From assembly GCA_000743035.1 (NCBI GenBank), contig CP008936.1, positions 1,620,001-1,652,000 of the forward strand: DNA of 32,000 nt, written 5' to 3'. Below, piece by piece: positions 9,260-19,283 of this stretch (positions are counted from its first letter, which is position 1; each line of letters starts with the position of its first letter). Source of the stretch: Candidatus Paracaedimonas acanthamoebae (GTDB taxonomy: Bacteria > Pseudomonadota > Alphaproteobacteria > Caedimonadales > Caedimonadaceae). The translations under genes and the position numbers were made by a program. Under the pieces are notes generated by a model. It did not search any database, had not been told where the DNA came from, and saw nothing but the letters and a program-made list of their open reading frames with translations.

Positions 9260-11056
9260 TTATTCTTCTCGTGTATTTGGCTCAGTAAATTGAGCTTTAC
9301 AAAGTTGGGCATAACGGGAATTGTTCGTTATTAAGTCTTGATGTTTTCCTGCATCAACCACTTGACCGTTTTCAATCACATAGATGATATCTGCATTCAT
9401 GACGGTCGCTAGACGATGGGCGATAATAAGAGTTGTTCGCCCTTTCATGAGAGTCGTTAAAGCAAGTTTCACTTTTTGTTCAGATTCTGCATCAAGTGCA
9501 GATGTAGGCTCGTCCAATAGAAGAACAGGCGCGTTTTTAAGAATAGCTCTTGCAATTGAAAGACGTTGACGTTGCCCGCCTGAAAGGCGAACCCCATGTT
9601 CTCCAACTTGGGTATCATATCCTTGTGGGAGCTCAATAATAAATTCATGAGCTGCTGCGGCTTTTGCTGCTTCAATAATCGCGTTTTCAGAGGCGCAAGG
9701 ATAACCAAACTCAATATTTTTTCGAATTGTATCATCAAATAAAATGACATCTTGACTTACTAAAGCAATATTTTGGCGCAAGGACGCGAGATTTAGTTGC
9801 CGAACATCAATACCATCAATGGTAATTTCCCCTTCAGTAACATCATAGAAACGAGGGATAAGATTCATGATGGTAGATTTACCCGCTCCACTTGTACCCA
9901 CAAGGGCGACTGTTTTTCCTGCAGGAATTTCAAGAGTAAGGAAGTTAAGGATTGGAGACTCTCTATTGTAAGAAAAATTTACATTATTAAAGCGGATTTT
10001 ACCTTTTGTGATTTGAGCCATTTTTGCTTGAGGTAAATCAATTACTTTTGGTTTTAAATCAAGAAATTCAAAAACACGGCTTGCTGAGGCTAGTTGATCC
10101 TGAAGATTCGCATTTAAATTCGCTAAGCGTTTTAAAGGTTCATACATCATGAGAAGAGCAGTGATAAATGAGAAAAAAGTTCCAGGGTTTTGCTGACCTT
10201 GAACAACAGCGTGCCCTCCATAAATAACGACTATCGCAATAGCAAGGCCGCCTAAGAATTCCATAATAGGATGGGACGCTGCGCGGACTCGAACAGCTTT
10301 TAAATTTTTACGACAAATTTCTTCAATTGTTTCATGAATTTTATGACGTTCATATTTTTCCATACAATAAGATTTAATAAGGCGAATACCCTGAAAAGCT
10401 TGAGTTAAAAGAATTGTAAGTGTTGCCGTTTCCTTCTGAATATTAGCAGAAGCCTTTCGCATTTTTTTGCCAATTTTTACCACTGGTAAAATAGCAATAG
10501 GTACAACAAAAAATGAAATTGAGGCCATAAACCAATCTTGATAAAACATGAATCCAATAAAGCCACTAAGCATCAAGCTATCTTTTCCAATATTGGTTAA
10601 AGTTCCAGTTACAGCGCTGTGTAGCTTAGTGACATCATTCATAAACCGTGAGACAATTTCACCGCTCGGTGTTGCATGATAGAAAGCAAGGTCACCTTCG
10701 ATAAGATGATTAAAAAGGTGAGCTTGAAGGTCGGCAATTATGCGTTGCCCTACATAAGTCATCGTGACAGATTCCGCATACGTGGCAAGACCTTTTAATA
10801 GAAAGACAATACATATTCCTAATGTGAGAGGTAATATCATATTTGCATCTTTGGCAACAAAGATATCATTGATAATAGGCTCAATAAGTTTCGCTGAAGA
10901 AACAGAAGTAGCGGCTACGATCAGCATTGCAAGAAGACCTAGACATATTCGAGCTATATAAGGTCGTGCATAATCCGTAAGAAGTCGCTTAACGAGAAAT
11001 CGCGTTGTTGGATCTCTGAAAGATATTTTCTTCTTTTTTGTCAAAGAATGGCCCAT
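9260..11056 (-). CDS. msbA: lipid A export ABC transporter (ATP-binding/permease fusion) MsbA
   Basis: 598-aa ORF with an N-terminal 6-TM domain, Walker A GTSGAGKST, signature LSGGQRQRLSIARA and Walker B LLLDEPTSALD. It is the first gene of the lipid A/Kdo operon. Confidence 0.9.
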   Translation of the reverse strand: MGHSLTKKKKISFRDPTTRFLVKRLLTDYARPYIARICLGLLAMLIVAATSVSSAKLIEPIINDIFVAKDANMILPLTLGICIVFLLKGLATYAESVTMTYVGQRIIADLQAHLFNHLIEGDLAFYHATPSGEIVSRFMNDVTKLHSAVTGTLTNIGKDSLMLSGFIGFMFYQDWFMASISFFVVPIAILPVVKIGKKMRKASANIQKETATLTILLTQAFQGIRLIKSYCMEKYERHKIHETIEEICRKNLKAVRVRAASHPIMEFLGGLAIAIVVIYGGHAVVQGQQNPGTFFSFITALLMMYEPLKRLANLNANLQDQLASASRVFEFLDLKPKVIDLPQAKMAQITKGKIRFNNVNFSYNRESPILNFLTLEIPAGKTVALVGTSGAGKSTIMNLIPRFYDVTEGEITIDGIDVRQLNLASLRQNIALVSQDVILFDDTIRKNIEFGYPCASENAIIEAAKAAAAHEFIIELPQGYDTQVGEHGVRLSGGQRQRLSIARAILKNAPVLLLDEPTSALDAESEQKVKLALTTLMKGRTTLIIAHRLATVMNADIIYVIENGQVVDAGKHQDLITNNSRYAQLCKAQFTEPNTREE

Positions 11057-11121
11057 CTCATTGTTTAATTAAATCAATATAGAAACATATCATAATAAGA
11101 ATCAAAAATACTTGCAGAAAA

Positions 11122-11197
11122 TGGTGGGCATTACAGGATTCGAACCTGTGACTCCCTGATTAAAAGTCAGGTGCTCTACCGACTGAGCTAAATGCCC
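11122..11197 (-). tRNA. tRNA-Lys (anticodon UUU)
   Basis: Reverse complement folds as GGGCATT-TA-GCTC-AGTCGGTA-GAGC-A-CCTGA-CTTTTAA-TCAGG-GAGTC-ACAGG-TTCGAAT-CCTGT-AATGCCC-A-CCA. Confidence 0.92.
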
Positions 11198-11217
11198 CAC
11201 GTAATTAGATCAACTTG

Positions 11218-11246
11218 AACTTAAGGGCATGAACGCGTTTGGTCAA
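11218..11246 (-). promoter_or_regulatory. putative sigma70 promoter of tRNA-Lys
   Basis: On the reverse strand: TTGACC (11241-11246), a 17-nt spacer, then TAAGTT (11218-11223), about 20 nt upstream of the tRNA 5' end. Confidence 0.4.
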
Positions 11247-11286
11247 CTTAAAATTTAAGAAATTGTAGACTTTTTACTTCAAACCC

Positions 11287-11315
11287 TTGACGTAAGTCTA
11301 AAAGCTGAATACTTT
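11287..11315 (+). promoter_or_regulatory. putative sigma70 promoter of the CAU-anticodon tRNA
   Basis: TTGACG (11287-11292), a 17-nt spacer, TACTTT (11310-11315), then a GC-rich discriminator GCGGG. The tRNA starts at 11325. Confidence 0.45.
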
Positions 11316-11324
11316 GCGGGTGAA

Positions 11325-11400
11325 GGGCCTGTAGTTCAGAGGTTAGAACGCACCGCTCATAACGGTGTTGTCGTAGGTTCGAATCCTACCGGGCCCACCA
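11325..11400 (+). tRNA. tRNA with anticodon CAU, elongator type; acceptor stem resembles tRNA-Ile, so possibly tRNA-Ile2 (lysidine) rather than tRNA-Met
   Basis: Folds as GGGCCTG-TA-GTTC-AGAGGTTA-GAAC-G-CACCG-CTCATAA-CGGTG-TTGTC-GTAGG-TTCGAAT-CCTAC-CGGGCCC-A-CCA. G1-C72 is paired and there is no GGG/CCC anticodon stem, so it is not an initiator. C4-G69 and C5-G68 match the pairs TilS uses on tRNA-Ile2 in E. coli. Confidence 0.9.
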
Positions 11401-11580
11401 TATTTTATTTAAATAGAATCTTCTCGATCATCTTTAAAAAACAATTTCTTATTTTATGAAGTGGAAAAATGTAAAAATTTAAAACTTTATTAAAGATATA
11501 TTATAATATATTATAAAATTAATAATAAAATAAAAAATAAATATTATAAAAATATGATGCTCTAAATTGGGGAGAGGGAA

Positions 11581-11913
11581 ATGTTACATCACTTTATTAA
11601 AAAATACTTTTTTATTAGTGGAGTTTTCTTTTTGACAGGGTGTGCTTTTCAAAATCAAGGGATACAAAATAAAGCCCTTCGTGATAAAGTGATTGCCTGT
11701 GGTGCTGGATTTTCTGATGCAGCTTTAGGATCTTTAGGGGCAGCATATGAAAATTACCCTTTTGATGTTCAAGCAAATGCGGGTTTTAAAGCCTCCGCTC
11801 AAGAAATTATTTTCTCAGAACTGCCCCCGCAAGATAGATTAAAAGCGTATGCAGATTATATTACATGTATTGAATCGAACACTTTTTTAAGCGATAAAAA
11901 GCTCTCTAAATAA
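11581..11913 (+). CDS. hypothetical lipoprotein
   Basis: 110-aa ORF with signal peptide and lipobox ..VFFLTGC (Cys21), SD GGGGAGAGGG upstream. No recognisable family. Confidence 0.6.
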   Translation: MLHHFIKKYFFISGVFFLTGCAFQNQGIQNKALRDKVIACGAGFSDAALGSLGAAYENYPFDVQANAGFKASAQEIIFSELPPQDRLKAYADYITCIESNTFLSDKKLSK

Positions 11914-11970
11914 AATTACTTTAGAAGGGAATTTTTCACATTTATTTATTGAACGTACCTTATTTTCATC

Positions 11971-12825
11971 CTAAATGAGGGGAAAAGTCCTTTCTGCTAA
12001 CTGTAAAAAATGCTCAGGGTCAAGATGATCTTCGAGATTCCAACAAATTGCGAGAATGAGACGAACAAAATACCATTGTCTCACGTTCTCAAGTGAGTAA
12101 TTAAAATAGCTTGCTATATATTCTGTATCTGAAGCTGGATCAACAATAAACGCCCAAGTTTCACTTACGGGTGGTCCAATGACTCCTTGGGGGTCAATAA
12201 CAACCCACTCTTTATCTTGTAAAAGAATATTATCATGATGCAAATCCCAATGCAGGAGAACATATGATTGCGAATAATTAAGTAGTTTATCTTTTAAAAA
12301 ACGAGCTTTTACAAGGTATTCTGTAGGAATATTCCATTCTTTATCTAAAATTTTTAAAAGATCACTTATTGAGGGAAATAAGGTTTTGGAATTTTGAGAG
12401 AGAGGTGCCTGGTGAAGTCTTCCCATAATTTGGCACATCACAAGTCGGGCTTCATCCTTTCGTTCTGGAAGATATGTTTTTAAAGAGTAACCAGGGATAA
12501 GTTGTTCTAATAGAAGGGTGTGCGTATCTGAGTTAAGAACTCGAACGGCACCATAATTTTTAAATATTTTCAAAATCGCCGTTTCTTTATATAAACGTTC
12601 CTCATCGAGGGACAGTTTGAGCACAACAGGCTTTTCTTTTTGAAAACCAGATAAGACATAGTTATAAGTCATTGTCTCTATAGGTCGGAGGTTATTCAAA
12701 TCCCAAGCTTGGGCGATTTGTTGTACGAGTGTTGGAAGTTGGCGGAGCCATTTTTGTCCCCTGCTGCCATAAATGCTTATGATATTTTGCTCAAAGGTAT
12801 TCATGATTTTTACCTGCTTATGCAT
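11971..12825 (-). CDS. aminoglycoside phosphotransferase family protein, APH(6)/StrB-like
   Basis: 284-aa ORF. LLHWDLHHDNILL followed by VVIDPQGVIGP parallels HGDLHHENI...VIDPVGLVGE of APH(6). The second ATG at 12804 has the better SD (AGCAGGT). Confidence 0.75.
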   Translation of the reverse strand: MHKQVKIMNTFEQNIISIYGSRGQKWLRQLPTLVQQIAQAWDLNNLRPIETMTYNYVLSGFQKEKPVVLKLSLDEERLYKETAILKIFKNYGAVRVLNSDTHTLLLEQLIPGYSLKTYLPERKDEARLVMCQIMGRLHQAPLSQNSKTLFPSISDLLKILDKEWNIPTEYLVKARFLKDKLLNYSQSYVLLHWDLHHDNILLQDKEWVVIDPQGVIGPPVSETWAFIVDPASDTEYIASYFNYSLENVRQWYFVRLILAICWNLEDHLDPEHFLQLAERTFPLI

Positions 12826-12868
12826 TAGTTTCAGAGTAGTATAGTCTTCTAAAGAAGAAAGAGAAAAG

Positions 12869-13807
12869 ATGGCGATTCAAAAAGTAATTATTTCTGTCAA
12901 TGATGTCGGTACACGGTTATTAAATTGGCTAAAACGGCATTATCAAGGAATGCCTTTTAACCACCTACAAAAATGGTTAAGAACAGGACAGATTCGCCTC
13001 GATGGAAAGCGTGTAAAAGGAAATGAGGTTTTGTCTCTAAATCAAGAGCTTAGATTGCCATCTTATATGCCGGTGGTTGGAAATGTACAATCATCCATAA
13101 AAAAACCACCGAAACAAGAGCTACTAAAACAAATTCGAGACGCGATCGTTTACCAAAATGATCATTGGATTGTGCTCAATAAACCGCAAGGGTTAGCAAC
13201 ACAAGGTGGGACTGGCATTAAAGAAAGCGTTGACCAAATTATGGCGGCTCTTTTTACACCAGCCCCTAAGCTTACGCATCGCCTTGATAAGGATACAAGT
13301 GGTGTTCTCTTGCTTGCAAAAACTCTTGAGGATGCTCGTTGGTTGACACAAATGTTTAAAGAAGGAACGGTTGCCAAGACTTATATAGCATTTGTTGTTG
13401 GCGTTCCTAAGGAAAACGCAGGAACAGTTGATCTTCCGATATGTAAACTCCCTGGAAAGATAGGGGAGCGTATGGTTGTTGATTTTAATGAGGGACTAGA
13501 AGCTATAACGCATTATCGTGTGCTTGAGACTAAAAATAATTTATCCTTGCTTGAACTCAAGCCAATGACAGGAAGAATGCACCAATTGCGGCTCCATTGT
13601 GCAGAATTGGGAACTCCTATTTTAGGAGATGGAAAGTACGGAGGTAAAAGTGCGCATCCAGAAGGAGTTCGTTTCACCCTTCATCTTCATGCCCATCAAA
13701 TTGAATTTATGGATGCTAAAGGAAAATCTCAAACTTTTAAAGTTGAGCTTCCGGATCATATGGTTATTACCTTGAAGAAATTCAAATTTATTTTACCATC
13801 TTTTTGA
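12869..13807 (+). CDS. rluC: RluA-family 23S rRNA pseudouridine synthase (RluC-like) with N-terminal S4 domain
   Basis: 312-aa ORF with catalytic motif HRLDKDTSGVLLLAK and an S4-like N-terminus (LQKWLRTGQIRLDGKRVK). Ends with TGA. Confidence 0.88.
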   Translation: MAIQKVIISVNDVGTRLLNWLKRHYQGMPFNHLQKWLRTGQIRLDGKRVKGNEVLSLNQELRLPSYMPVVGNVQSSIKKPPKQELLKQIRDAIVYQNDHWIVLNKPQGLATQGGTGIKESVDQIMAALFTPAPKLTHRLDKDTSGVLLLAKTLEDARWLTQMFKEGTVAKTYIAFVVGVPKENAGTVDLPICKLPGKIGERMVVDFNEGLEAITHYRVLETKNNLSLLELKPMTGRMHQLRLHCAELGTPILGDGKYGGKSAHPEGVRFTLHLHAHQIEFMDAKGKSQTFKVELPDHMVITLKKFKFILPSF

Positions 13808-13857
13808 GCATTTCTGTTCAAGCTATATGAACTAGTTAAAGAGCTTGAAAAATAATA

Positions 13858-16080
13858 TTAGAATTTATTATTTTTAGGAAAACCGAAAGGAGGGAGCTTT
13901 CCCGTTTGAGCTCGACTTCCAAGCCAAGGACGCAAATCTGTAACAGTTCGACTTTGAGTGCCATAGACCCAGCTTAAGCCTTGAGAGAAGGTAAACACTT
14001 TTAAGTCTGAAAGAGTCGCTTCTTTATATTTTTGTAAGATGACACCTTTGCCACGTGAAAGCTGCGGAATTTCAGTAATCGGAAAAATTAATAGTTTGCG
14101 ATTTGTTCCAATGATTGCAACATGGTCACCCGTGAGGGGGATGCACTTTTGAGCTTTAACACCATTATTTAATATAAGGATCTGTTTACCCATCTTTGTT
14201 TGAGCGAGGGCTTCTTGTGTTTCAACGATAAACCCTTTCCCATCTGAAGTTGCGACCAAGAATTTTTGATCAAGAGTGTTAGGCTTAATAATGAATATTG
14301 AAAGTATTTCATCTTCATTTCCTAGATCAATTAAAAGACGTAATGCTTCTCCATGTCCTCTACCACTTGGGAGTTTATCAATCCCAAGAGTGTAAAAGCG
14401 CCCATTGGATGCAAAAATTAAAAGTTTGTCAGTTGACTCACCCTCAAGAATAAAGCGTTCTTCGTCTCCTTCTTTATATTTTATATCTTCATGAGCAAGG
14501 TGGTGTCCTTTAAGAGTACGAATCCAATTTTTGTTTGAGCAGACAATGGTGACAGGTTCCTTTTCCAAGAAGGCTTCAATTGGTACTTCTGTGATCTGAG
14601 GGGCCGTTTCAAAAGTTGTGCGGCGCTTCCCAAAAGGATGTGAAGAACCGAATGCCTTTTCAATTTCTTTAATTTCTTTAGCAATGGCTTGCCATTGATG
14701 TTTTTCTGTCGAAAGTAAGTTTTGAAGGTCTGATTTTTCTGTTTCAAGTGATTGGAGTTCTTTAAGAATTTCAAGTTCTTCAAGTTTTCTTAAAGTGCGT
14801 AAACGCATATTTAAAATAGCTTCTGCTTGAATATCTGAGAGCGCCCAACGCTTTTGCATTTCAAGTTTAGGGTCATCTTCTTCTCGAATAATTCGGATAA
14901 CTTCATCTAAATTTAAATAAGCAATTTGATACCCTTTAAGAACCTCGAGACGATGATCAATTTGCTTGAGTCGGTAGTTAGATCTCCGTTGTAGAACTTG
15001 TTGGCGATGCTTTAAAAAAGCTTGTAAAACTTCTTTCAAGTTCATCACTTTAGGAATGCGCCCTTCTTCTAGGACATTCATGTTCATATTAAAGCGAATT
15101 TCAAGGTCTGTTTGTCGGTAAAGAGCTTCCATAAGAATCAAAGGATCAACAGTACGATTCTTGGGGATAAGAATAAGTCTTATATCTTCGGCTGACTCAT
15201 CACGCACATCGCCAAGAAGAGGAATTTTCTTCTCAATAATTAGTTCCGCAATTTTTTCAATCAGGCGCGCTTTTTGAACTTGATAAGGAATTTCAGTGAC
15301 AACAATTTGATACAAACCACCTTTAAGAGGTTCAATCTCATAACGTGAGCGTAATCGAAAACTGCCACGTCCTGTTTCATATGCTTTTAAAATGTTTTCA
15401 CTGGGTTCTACAAGTAAACCTCCAGTAGGAAAATCAGGCCCAGGCATTATTTGCAGAAGGCTAGAGATGGATGTTGTTGGGTCTTTAAGAAGAAGTTGGA
15501 GTGCGGAACAAATTTCCTCAACGTTATGAGGAGGGATATTTGTTGCCATTCCTACAGCAATGCCTGTTGCCCCATTCGCTAAAAGATTCGGAAACTTAGC
15601 AGGGAGAACAAGAGGTTCTTCAGTTTCATTATTGTAAGTTTTTTGAAAATCGACTGCTTCTTCATAAATACCTTCAAGCATATAGGCAGATGCTAACGTG
15701 AGGCGAGCTTCCGTGTATCGCATTGCCGCCGCATTATCGCCATCAAGACTTCCAAAATTTCCCTGTCCATCAACCATAAGATAGCGAAGAGAGAAATCTT
15801 GGGCCATACGAACCATTGATTCATAAATAGGATCATTGCCATGAGGATGATATTTCATCATCACATACCCCACTGCACTTGCTGATTTTCGATAGGGTTT
15901 ATCTTGAGTGTTTCCAGATTCACCCATGGCATACAGAATACGTCTTTGGACCGGTTTTAAGCCATCACGGACATCAGGGAGTGATCGGGCAGTAATTGTA
16001 GAAAGAGCATAACTTAAGTAGCGTTCAGAAAGAGCCTCATTGAGAAGCGTATCTTTAACCCGACCAATAGAATCTGTCAT
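13858..16080 (-). CDS. parC: DNA topoisomerase IV subunit A
   Basis: 740-aa [20 protein letters not shown] and [10 protein letters not shown] (active-site Tyr) are present. The length and short C-terminal domain fit ParC rather than GyrA. Confidence 0.9.
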   Translation of the reverse strand: MTDSIGRVKDTLLNEALSERYLSYALSTITARSLPDVRDGLKPVQRRILYAMGESGNTQDKPYRKSASAVGYVMMKYHPHGNDPIYESMVRMAQDFSLRYLMVDGQGNFGSLDGDNAAAMRYTEARLTLASAYMLEGIYEEAVDFQKTYNNETEEPLVLPAKFPNLLANGATGIAVGMATNIPPHNVEEICSALQLLLKDPTTSISSLLQIMPGPDFPTGGLLVEPSENILKAYETGRGSFRLRSRYEIEPLKGGLYQIVVTEIPYQVQKARLIEKIAELIIEKKIPLLGDVRDESAEDIRLILIPKNRTVDPLILMEALYRQTDLEIRFNMNMNVLEEGRIPKVMNLKEVLQAFLKHRQQVLQRRSNYRLKQIDHRLEVLKGYQIAYLNLDEVIRIIREEDDPKLEMQKRWALSDIQAEAILNMRLRTLRKLEELEILKELQSLETEKSDLQNLLSTEKHQWQAIAKEIKEIEKAFGSSHPFGKRRTTFETAPQITEVPIEAFLEKEPVTIVCSNKNWIRTLKGHHLAHEDIKYKEGDEERFILEGESTDKLLIFASNGRFYTLGIDKLPSGRGHGEALRLLIDLGNEDEILSIFIIKPNTLDQKFLVATSDGKGFIVETQEALAQTKMGKQILILNNGVKAQKCIPLTGDHVAIIGTNRKLLIFPITEIPQLSRGKGVILQKYKEATLSDLKVFTFSQGLSWVYGTQSRTVTDLRPWLGSRAQTGKLPPFGFPKNNKF

Positions 16081-16820
16081 TCTGGCCTCAATATATAAGT
16101 TTGTCGTGCTAGTCGGTTTTTAAAGCGCTCGCGAGCTGCGGGTAATTTCAACCCATGAAGACCGAATAAATAACGGTTTAAAAAATATTCATTTAATTCA
16201 AGCACTGCCAAAAGCTCCTTACTAGAAAGAGAAATCTCATGCCTCTTAGATTCTGTCAAGCAAGGAGGGAGTTTTAAAAGACGATCTTGATAGGGAGAAC
16301 CAGCAATTTTGGAAACAGCTCGTCCTGTTCGAGGAGATATAAAGGTAAGATCTTGTTTACTTCCTGTAGCGACGCATGTTGAAAAATCTAGCGCAATACC
16401 GGCATATTTAAGGAGAGTGAGTTCAAGATCAACCAAAAACCATGCCCAATTTTCTTGAGCTAAATTATAAGTAAATTTTTGAAAAATGTGAAAAATCTCT
16501 TCTTGATGCTCGCGTTCAGGAAGAATAGCATCAATAAGGGCACAAGCTGTCGCAAGGGCTTCAAGTCGTATCGGGTTTTGGAAAGTCATTGCAAAGGCGC
16601 TATGGATATTTTCAAGGCGCCAAGTACCTAGATGTTCAGGCAAGCGAGCTTGCCAAGTGGCCTCACAAAGGTTACCAAGGTGAAAAACTTGTTCTGCCTT
16701 TTTACTCAGTCGTGTGACCCCCATATGGCGACCGTGCGCACTGGTCAGCAGAGTGGCAACAATTTTATCTTCGCCAAGCCGCTTAAGCGCAATAATAATA
16801 CCTTGATCCTTCCACTGCAA
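16077..16820 (-). CDS. recO: DNA repair protein RecO
   Basis: 247-aa ORF with a RecO-type OB N-terminus (MQWKDQGIIIALKRLGEDKIVATLLT..HGRH.GV). Its stop overlaps the parC start (ATGA). Confidence 0.85.
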   Translation of the reverse strand: MQWKDQGIIIALKRLGEDKIVATLLTSAHGRHMGVTRLSKKAEQVFHLGNLCEATWQARLPEHLGTWRLENIHSAFAMTFQNPIRLEALATACALIDAILPEREHQEEIFHIFQKFTYNLAQENWAWFLVDLELTLLKYAGIALDFSTCVATGSKQDLTFISPRTGRAVSKIAGSPYQDRLLKLPPCLTESKRHEISLSSKELLAVLELNEYFLNRYLFGLHGLKLPAARERFKNRLARQTYILRPE

Positions 16821-16907
16821 ATTAGAATCCTTTGCGCTTTACAAGTAAAGATTTAAATATAAGCAGGTTGCTAGCACCGATCAAGCTTAGCATTCTAATC
16901 TTAAATT

Positions 16908-17807
16908 TTAAGCTACTTTAGGTAAATTAGAAAGGTTTTTTGTTTTCTTTATAAAATCAACAATATAATCACCCAATAAGCGGACTTTTTTAGAATCTTT
17001 CAAGTGCTCAGGATAGACATAATAAGCATCAATGACAGGTCCTTTAACCTCAGGAAGAACCTGAACTAATTTACCACTTCTTAGAAGTAAGTTCTCTTGA
17101 GCAAGAGTAACAATGCCTAAGCCTTGTTCTGCAGCGTGGTAGGGACTACAGACAATTAAGTAAGGATCCCGAATTTTGTCATTTTTGGTTCCTAAAGATA
17201 AATGCCATTTAAGATCTGATAAGGTATGCCCGCCCACTCCATGGGCAATTATGTGATGAAAATCTAAATCTTCTATGGTTTTTGGTATCCCATGGATATT
17301 TAAGTATTCTGAGCTTGCAAATAATTTTAAGTGGAATTGCATAAGGTGGCGTTGAATCCAGGTTGGACGATCTGGCATAAACGGAATAATTGCAGCATCC
17401 ACTTCATTAAGAGTAAATTCATTAAGACGTTCAATAGGAATCATATGCAGGCGAATTTTGGGATATTGCTTCAGAAATTCTGCAATATATTGGATAAGGA
17501 TAGTTGCTGTCCAACCACCAGGAATAGCAACCCTCAATACACCTTGAGGTTCAGCACCGACTTCATTTAATAACGAGCGTGCAGCGTCAAGTTCAGCAAA
17601 AATCTTATGAGCAGATTCAAAAAGGATTTCGCCTTGATCTGTTAAGCTAAGTCCTCTGCCTTGTCGATAAAACAAGGGGGCTTTAAGGCGATGTTCAAGA
17701 TCACTAATATGTCGACTGACGGCTGAAGGGCTTAAATTTAAATCGCAATTTGTGAAGCTATTAGCCTTTGCTGCATAATAAAAAATCCGTAACTTATCAA
17801 GATCCAT
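16908..17807 (-). CDS. LysR-family transcriptional regulator
   Basis: 299-aa ORF with an N-terminal wHTH (FTNCDLNLSPSAVSRHISDLEHRL) and a LysR substrate-binding C-terminal domain. Confidence 0.9.
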   Translation of the reverse strand: MDLDKLRIFYYAAKANSFTNCDLNLSPSAVSRHISDLEHRLKAPLFYRQGRGLSLTDQGEILFESAHKIFAELDAARSLLNEVGAEPQGVLRVAIPGGWTATILIQYIAEFLKQYPKIRLHMIPIERLNEFTLNEVDAAIIPFMPDRPTWIQRHLMQFHLKLFASSEYLNIHGIPKTIEDLDFHHIIAHGVGGHTLSDLKWHLSLGTKNDKIRDPYLIVCSPYHAAEQGLGIVTLAQENLLLRSGKLVQVLPEVKGPVIDAYYVYPEHLKDSKKVRLLGDYIVDFIKKTKNLSNLPKVA

Positions 17808-17948
17808 AACTTTTCCTTACTATATTCAGTATAAAACTAATGTAGGAAACAATTTTATTATTACAAGGGCGCAACCAGAAATTATTGATCCTTTTCTCTA
17901 TCTATTAATATTTTTATCTACCTTGAATAACAAACGTAAAATTAACTG

Positions 17949-17976
17949 TTAGGGCATGCAAAAATTGCAACCCTAA
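17949..17976 (-). terminator. possible terminator hairpin downstream of sodB
   Basis: TTAGGG..TGCA-AAAAT-TGCA..CCCTAA imperfect hairpin about 60 nt after the sodB stop. The following U-tract is weak. Confidence 0.3.
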
Positions 17977-18035
17977 GAAATCTCATAGACAATGAACATA
18001 TTAGCACTTGTTAAGAAGCTAAGTTTCAAGAATTT

Positions 18036-18644
18036 TTATTTTATCGCTTTTAAAAAATTTTCTTCAGCAAAACGCCAGTTTGCAAGATGATTTAAGAAAA
18101 TTTCCAAATAATCAGGGCGGCGATTTTGATAATCCAAGTAATAAGCGTGCTCCCAAACATCACAAGTTAAAAGAGCAACTTGCCCATGGATCATAGGAAG
18201 ATCTGCATTGCTTGTTTTTGTGATTTTTAACTTTCCATTCTCAACCACAAGCCATGCCCAACCAGAACCAAACTGTGTAATTCCTGCTTGCTTAAAAGCA
18301 TTTTTAAATTCTGAAAAATTACCAAAATCTTCGTTGATTTTAAGAGCTAAAGCTTTTTGTGGTTCTCCACCACCATTTGGTGTCATGGAATTCCATAAAA
18401 AAGTATGATTCCAAACTTGAGCAGCATTATTGAAGATACCGCTTTTGGATGGAGCTTGAGCTGTATGTATAATGATCTCCTCTAACGTGGAGGCTGCAAG
18501 ATCGGGTGCATCCAGAAGAAGCGTGTTAAGATTAGTGACATAAGCTTGATGATGCTTGCCATAATGAAAATCAAGGGTACGCTCTGAAAGATATGGCTCC
18601 AAAGCATCATGCCCATAAGGAAGAGGAGGAAGAGTGAATGCCAT
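18036..18644 (-). CDS. sodB: iron superoxide dismutase
   Basis: MAFTLPPLPY..LEP..S..T..FHYGKHH, AQVWNHTF, FGSGWAWL and DVWEHAYYLDYQNRRPDY are Fe/Mn-SOD motifs with Fe-type residues. The track ORF starts 11 codons upstream (18677), but the family N-terminus is MAFTLP. Confidence 0.92.
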   Translation of the reverse strand: MAFTLPPLPYGHDALEPYLSERTLDFHYGKHHQAYVTNLNTLLLDAPDLAASTLEEIIIHTAQAPSKSGIFNNAAQVWNHTFLWNSMTPNGGGEPQKALALKINEDFGNFSEFKNAFKQAGITQFGSGWAWLVVENGKLKITKTSNADLPMIHGQVALLTCDVWEHAYYLDYQNRRPDYLEIFLNHLANWRFAEENFLKAIK

Positions 18645-18686
18645 GTGTTTACCTTTCGATTGGTTTGTTTTTAACATAAGTAAATT

Positions 18687-19139
18687 TTATTTCCCGGTTT
18701 TAGTATCTTCTTTACGCCCTGCTCGCCCAAAATTTCCAAATATTTGATGGAGGAGTGGTCGTTCATGGCCTGCAGAAGGGGTGATATCAGGGCTAGGATT
18801 AATCTCTTCTTCAGGTGTTGTTTTTAGTAAAACTTCTTTTACTTTATCAGTCACGTCAAAACGAATTATTATAAGCTTTTGCTCAAGAGATTGAGGTTCG
18901 AAGAAAGATAGACTTTCTGTTACCTTATAATAATAGATCCATGTATTTTCATCAAAAAGTGTAGTACTTGAGGGGCTTCCAAGTGTGCGTAATACATCTT
19001 CTTTAGTATCATAACCGGCCTTTATTTTTTGCACTTCAGTCAGATCTGGTAGTTTCCCGCGATGATCAATGCGGGAGCTGCAGCCAGCAAGCATAAGAAA
19101 AGAGCTTATAAGAAAACAAAAACTTAAATTTCCAACCAT
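18687..19139 (-). CDS. bamE: outer membrane assembly lipoprotein BamE (SmpA/OmlA)
   Basis: Lipobox LMLAGCSS followed by an SmpA/OmlA-like segment (KIKAGYDTKEDVLRTLGSPS....DENTWIYYY). The likely start is the ATG at 19137-19139; the track ORF extends to 19184. Confidence 0.75.
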   Translation of the reverse strand: MVGNLSFCFLISSFLMLAGCSSRIDHRGKLPDLTEVQKIKAGYDTKEDVLRTLGSPSSTTLFDENTWIYYYKVTESLSFFEPQSLEQKLIIIRFDVTDKVKEVLLKTTPEEEINPSPDITPSAGHERPLLHQIFGNFGRAGRKEDTKTGK

Positions 19140-19283
19140 AAAGTTCTCATTAATTAAATGTTTGAATACGCGTTGACTTTGCACGTCAATTCATAAAAGT
19201 CAATATAGCTTAGGACATAAAACTTGCCTTTCACAATAAAAATTCTTATAAATTTAAGAAAATTATGGGAGTTTCCTAATAAA

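Noticed and set aside
11401-12868. Genomic islet integrated at the CAU tRNA (lipoprotein plus APH(6)-like gene)
   Set aside because: There is no integrase and no direct repeat of the tRNA 3' end at the far boundary that I could find. AT-richness alone is not evidence.
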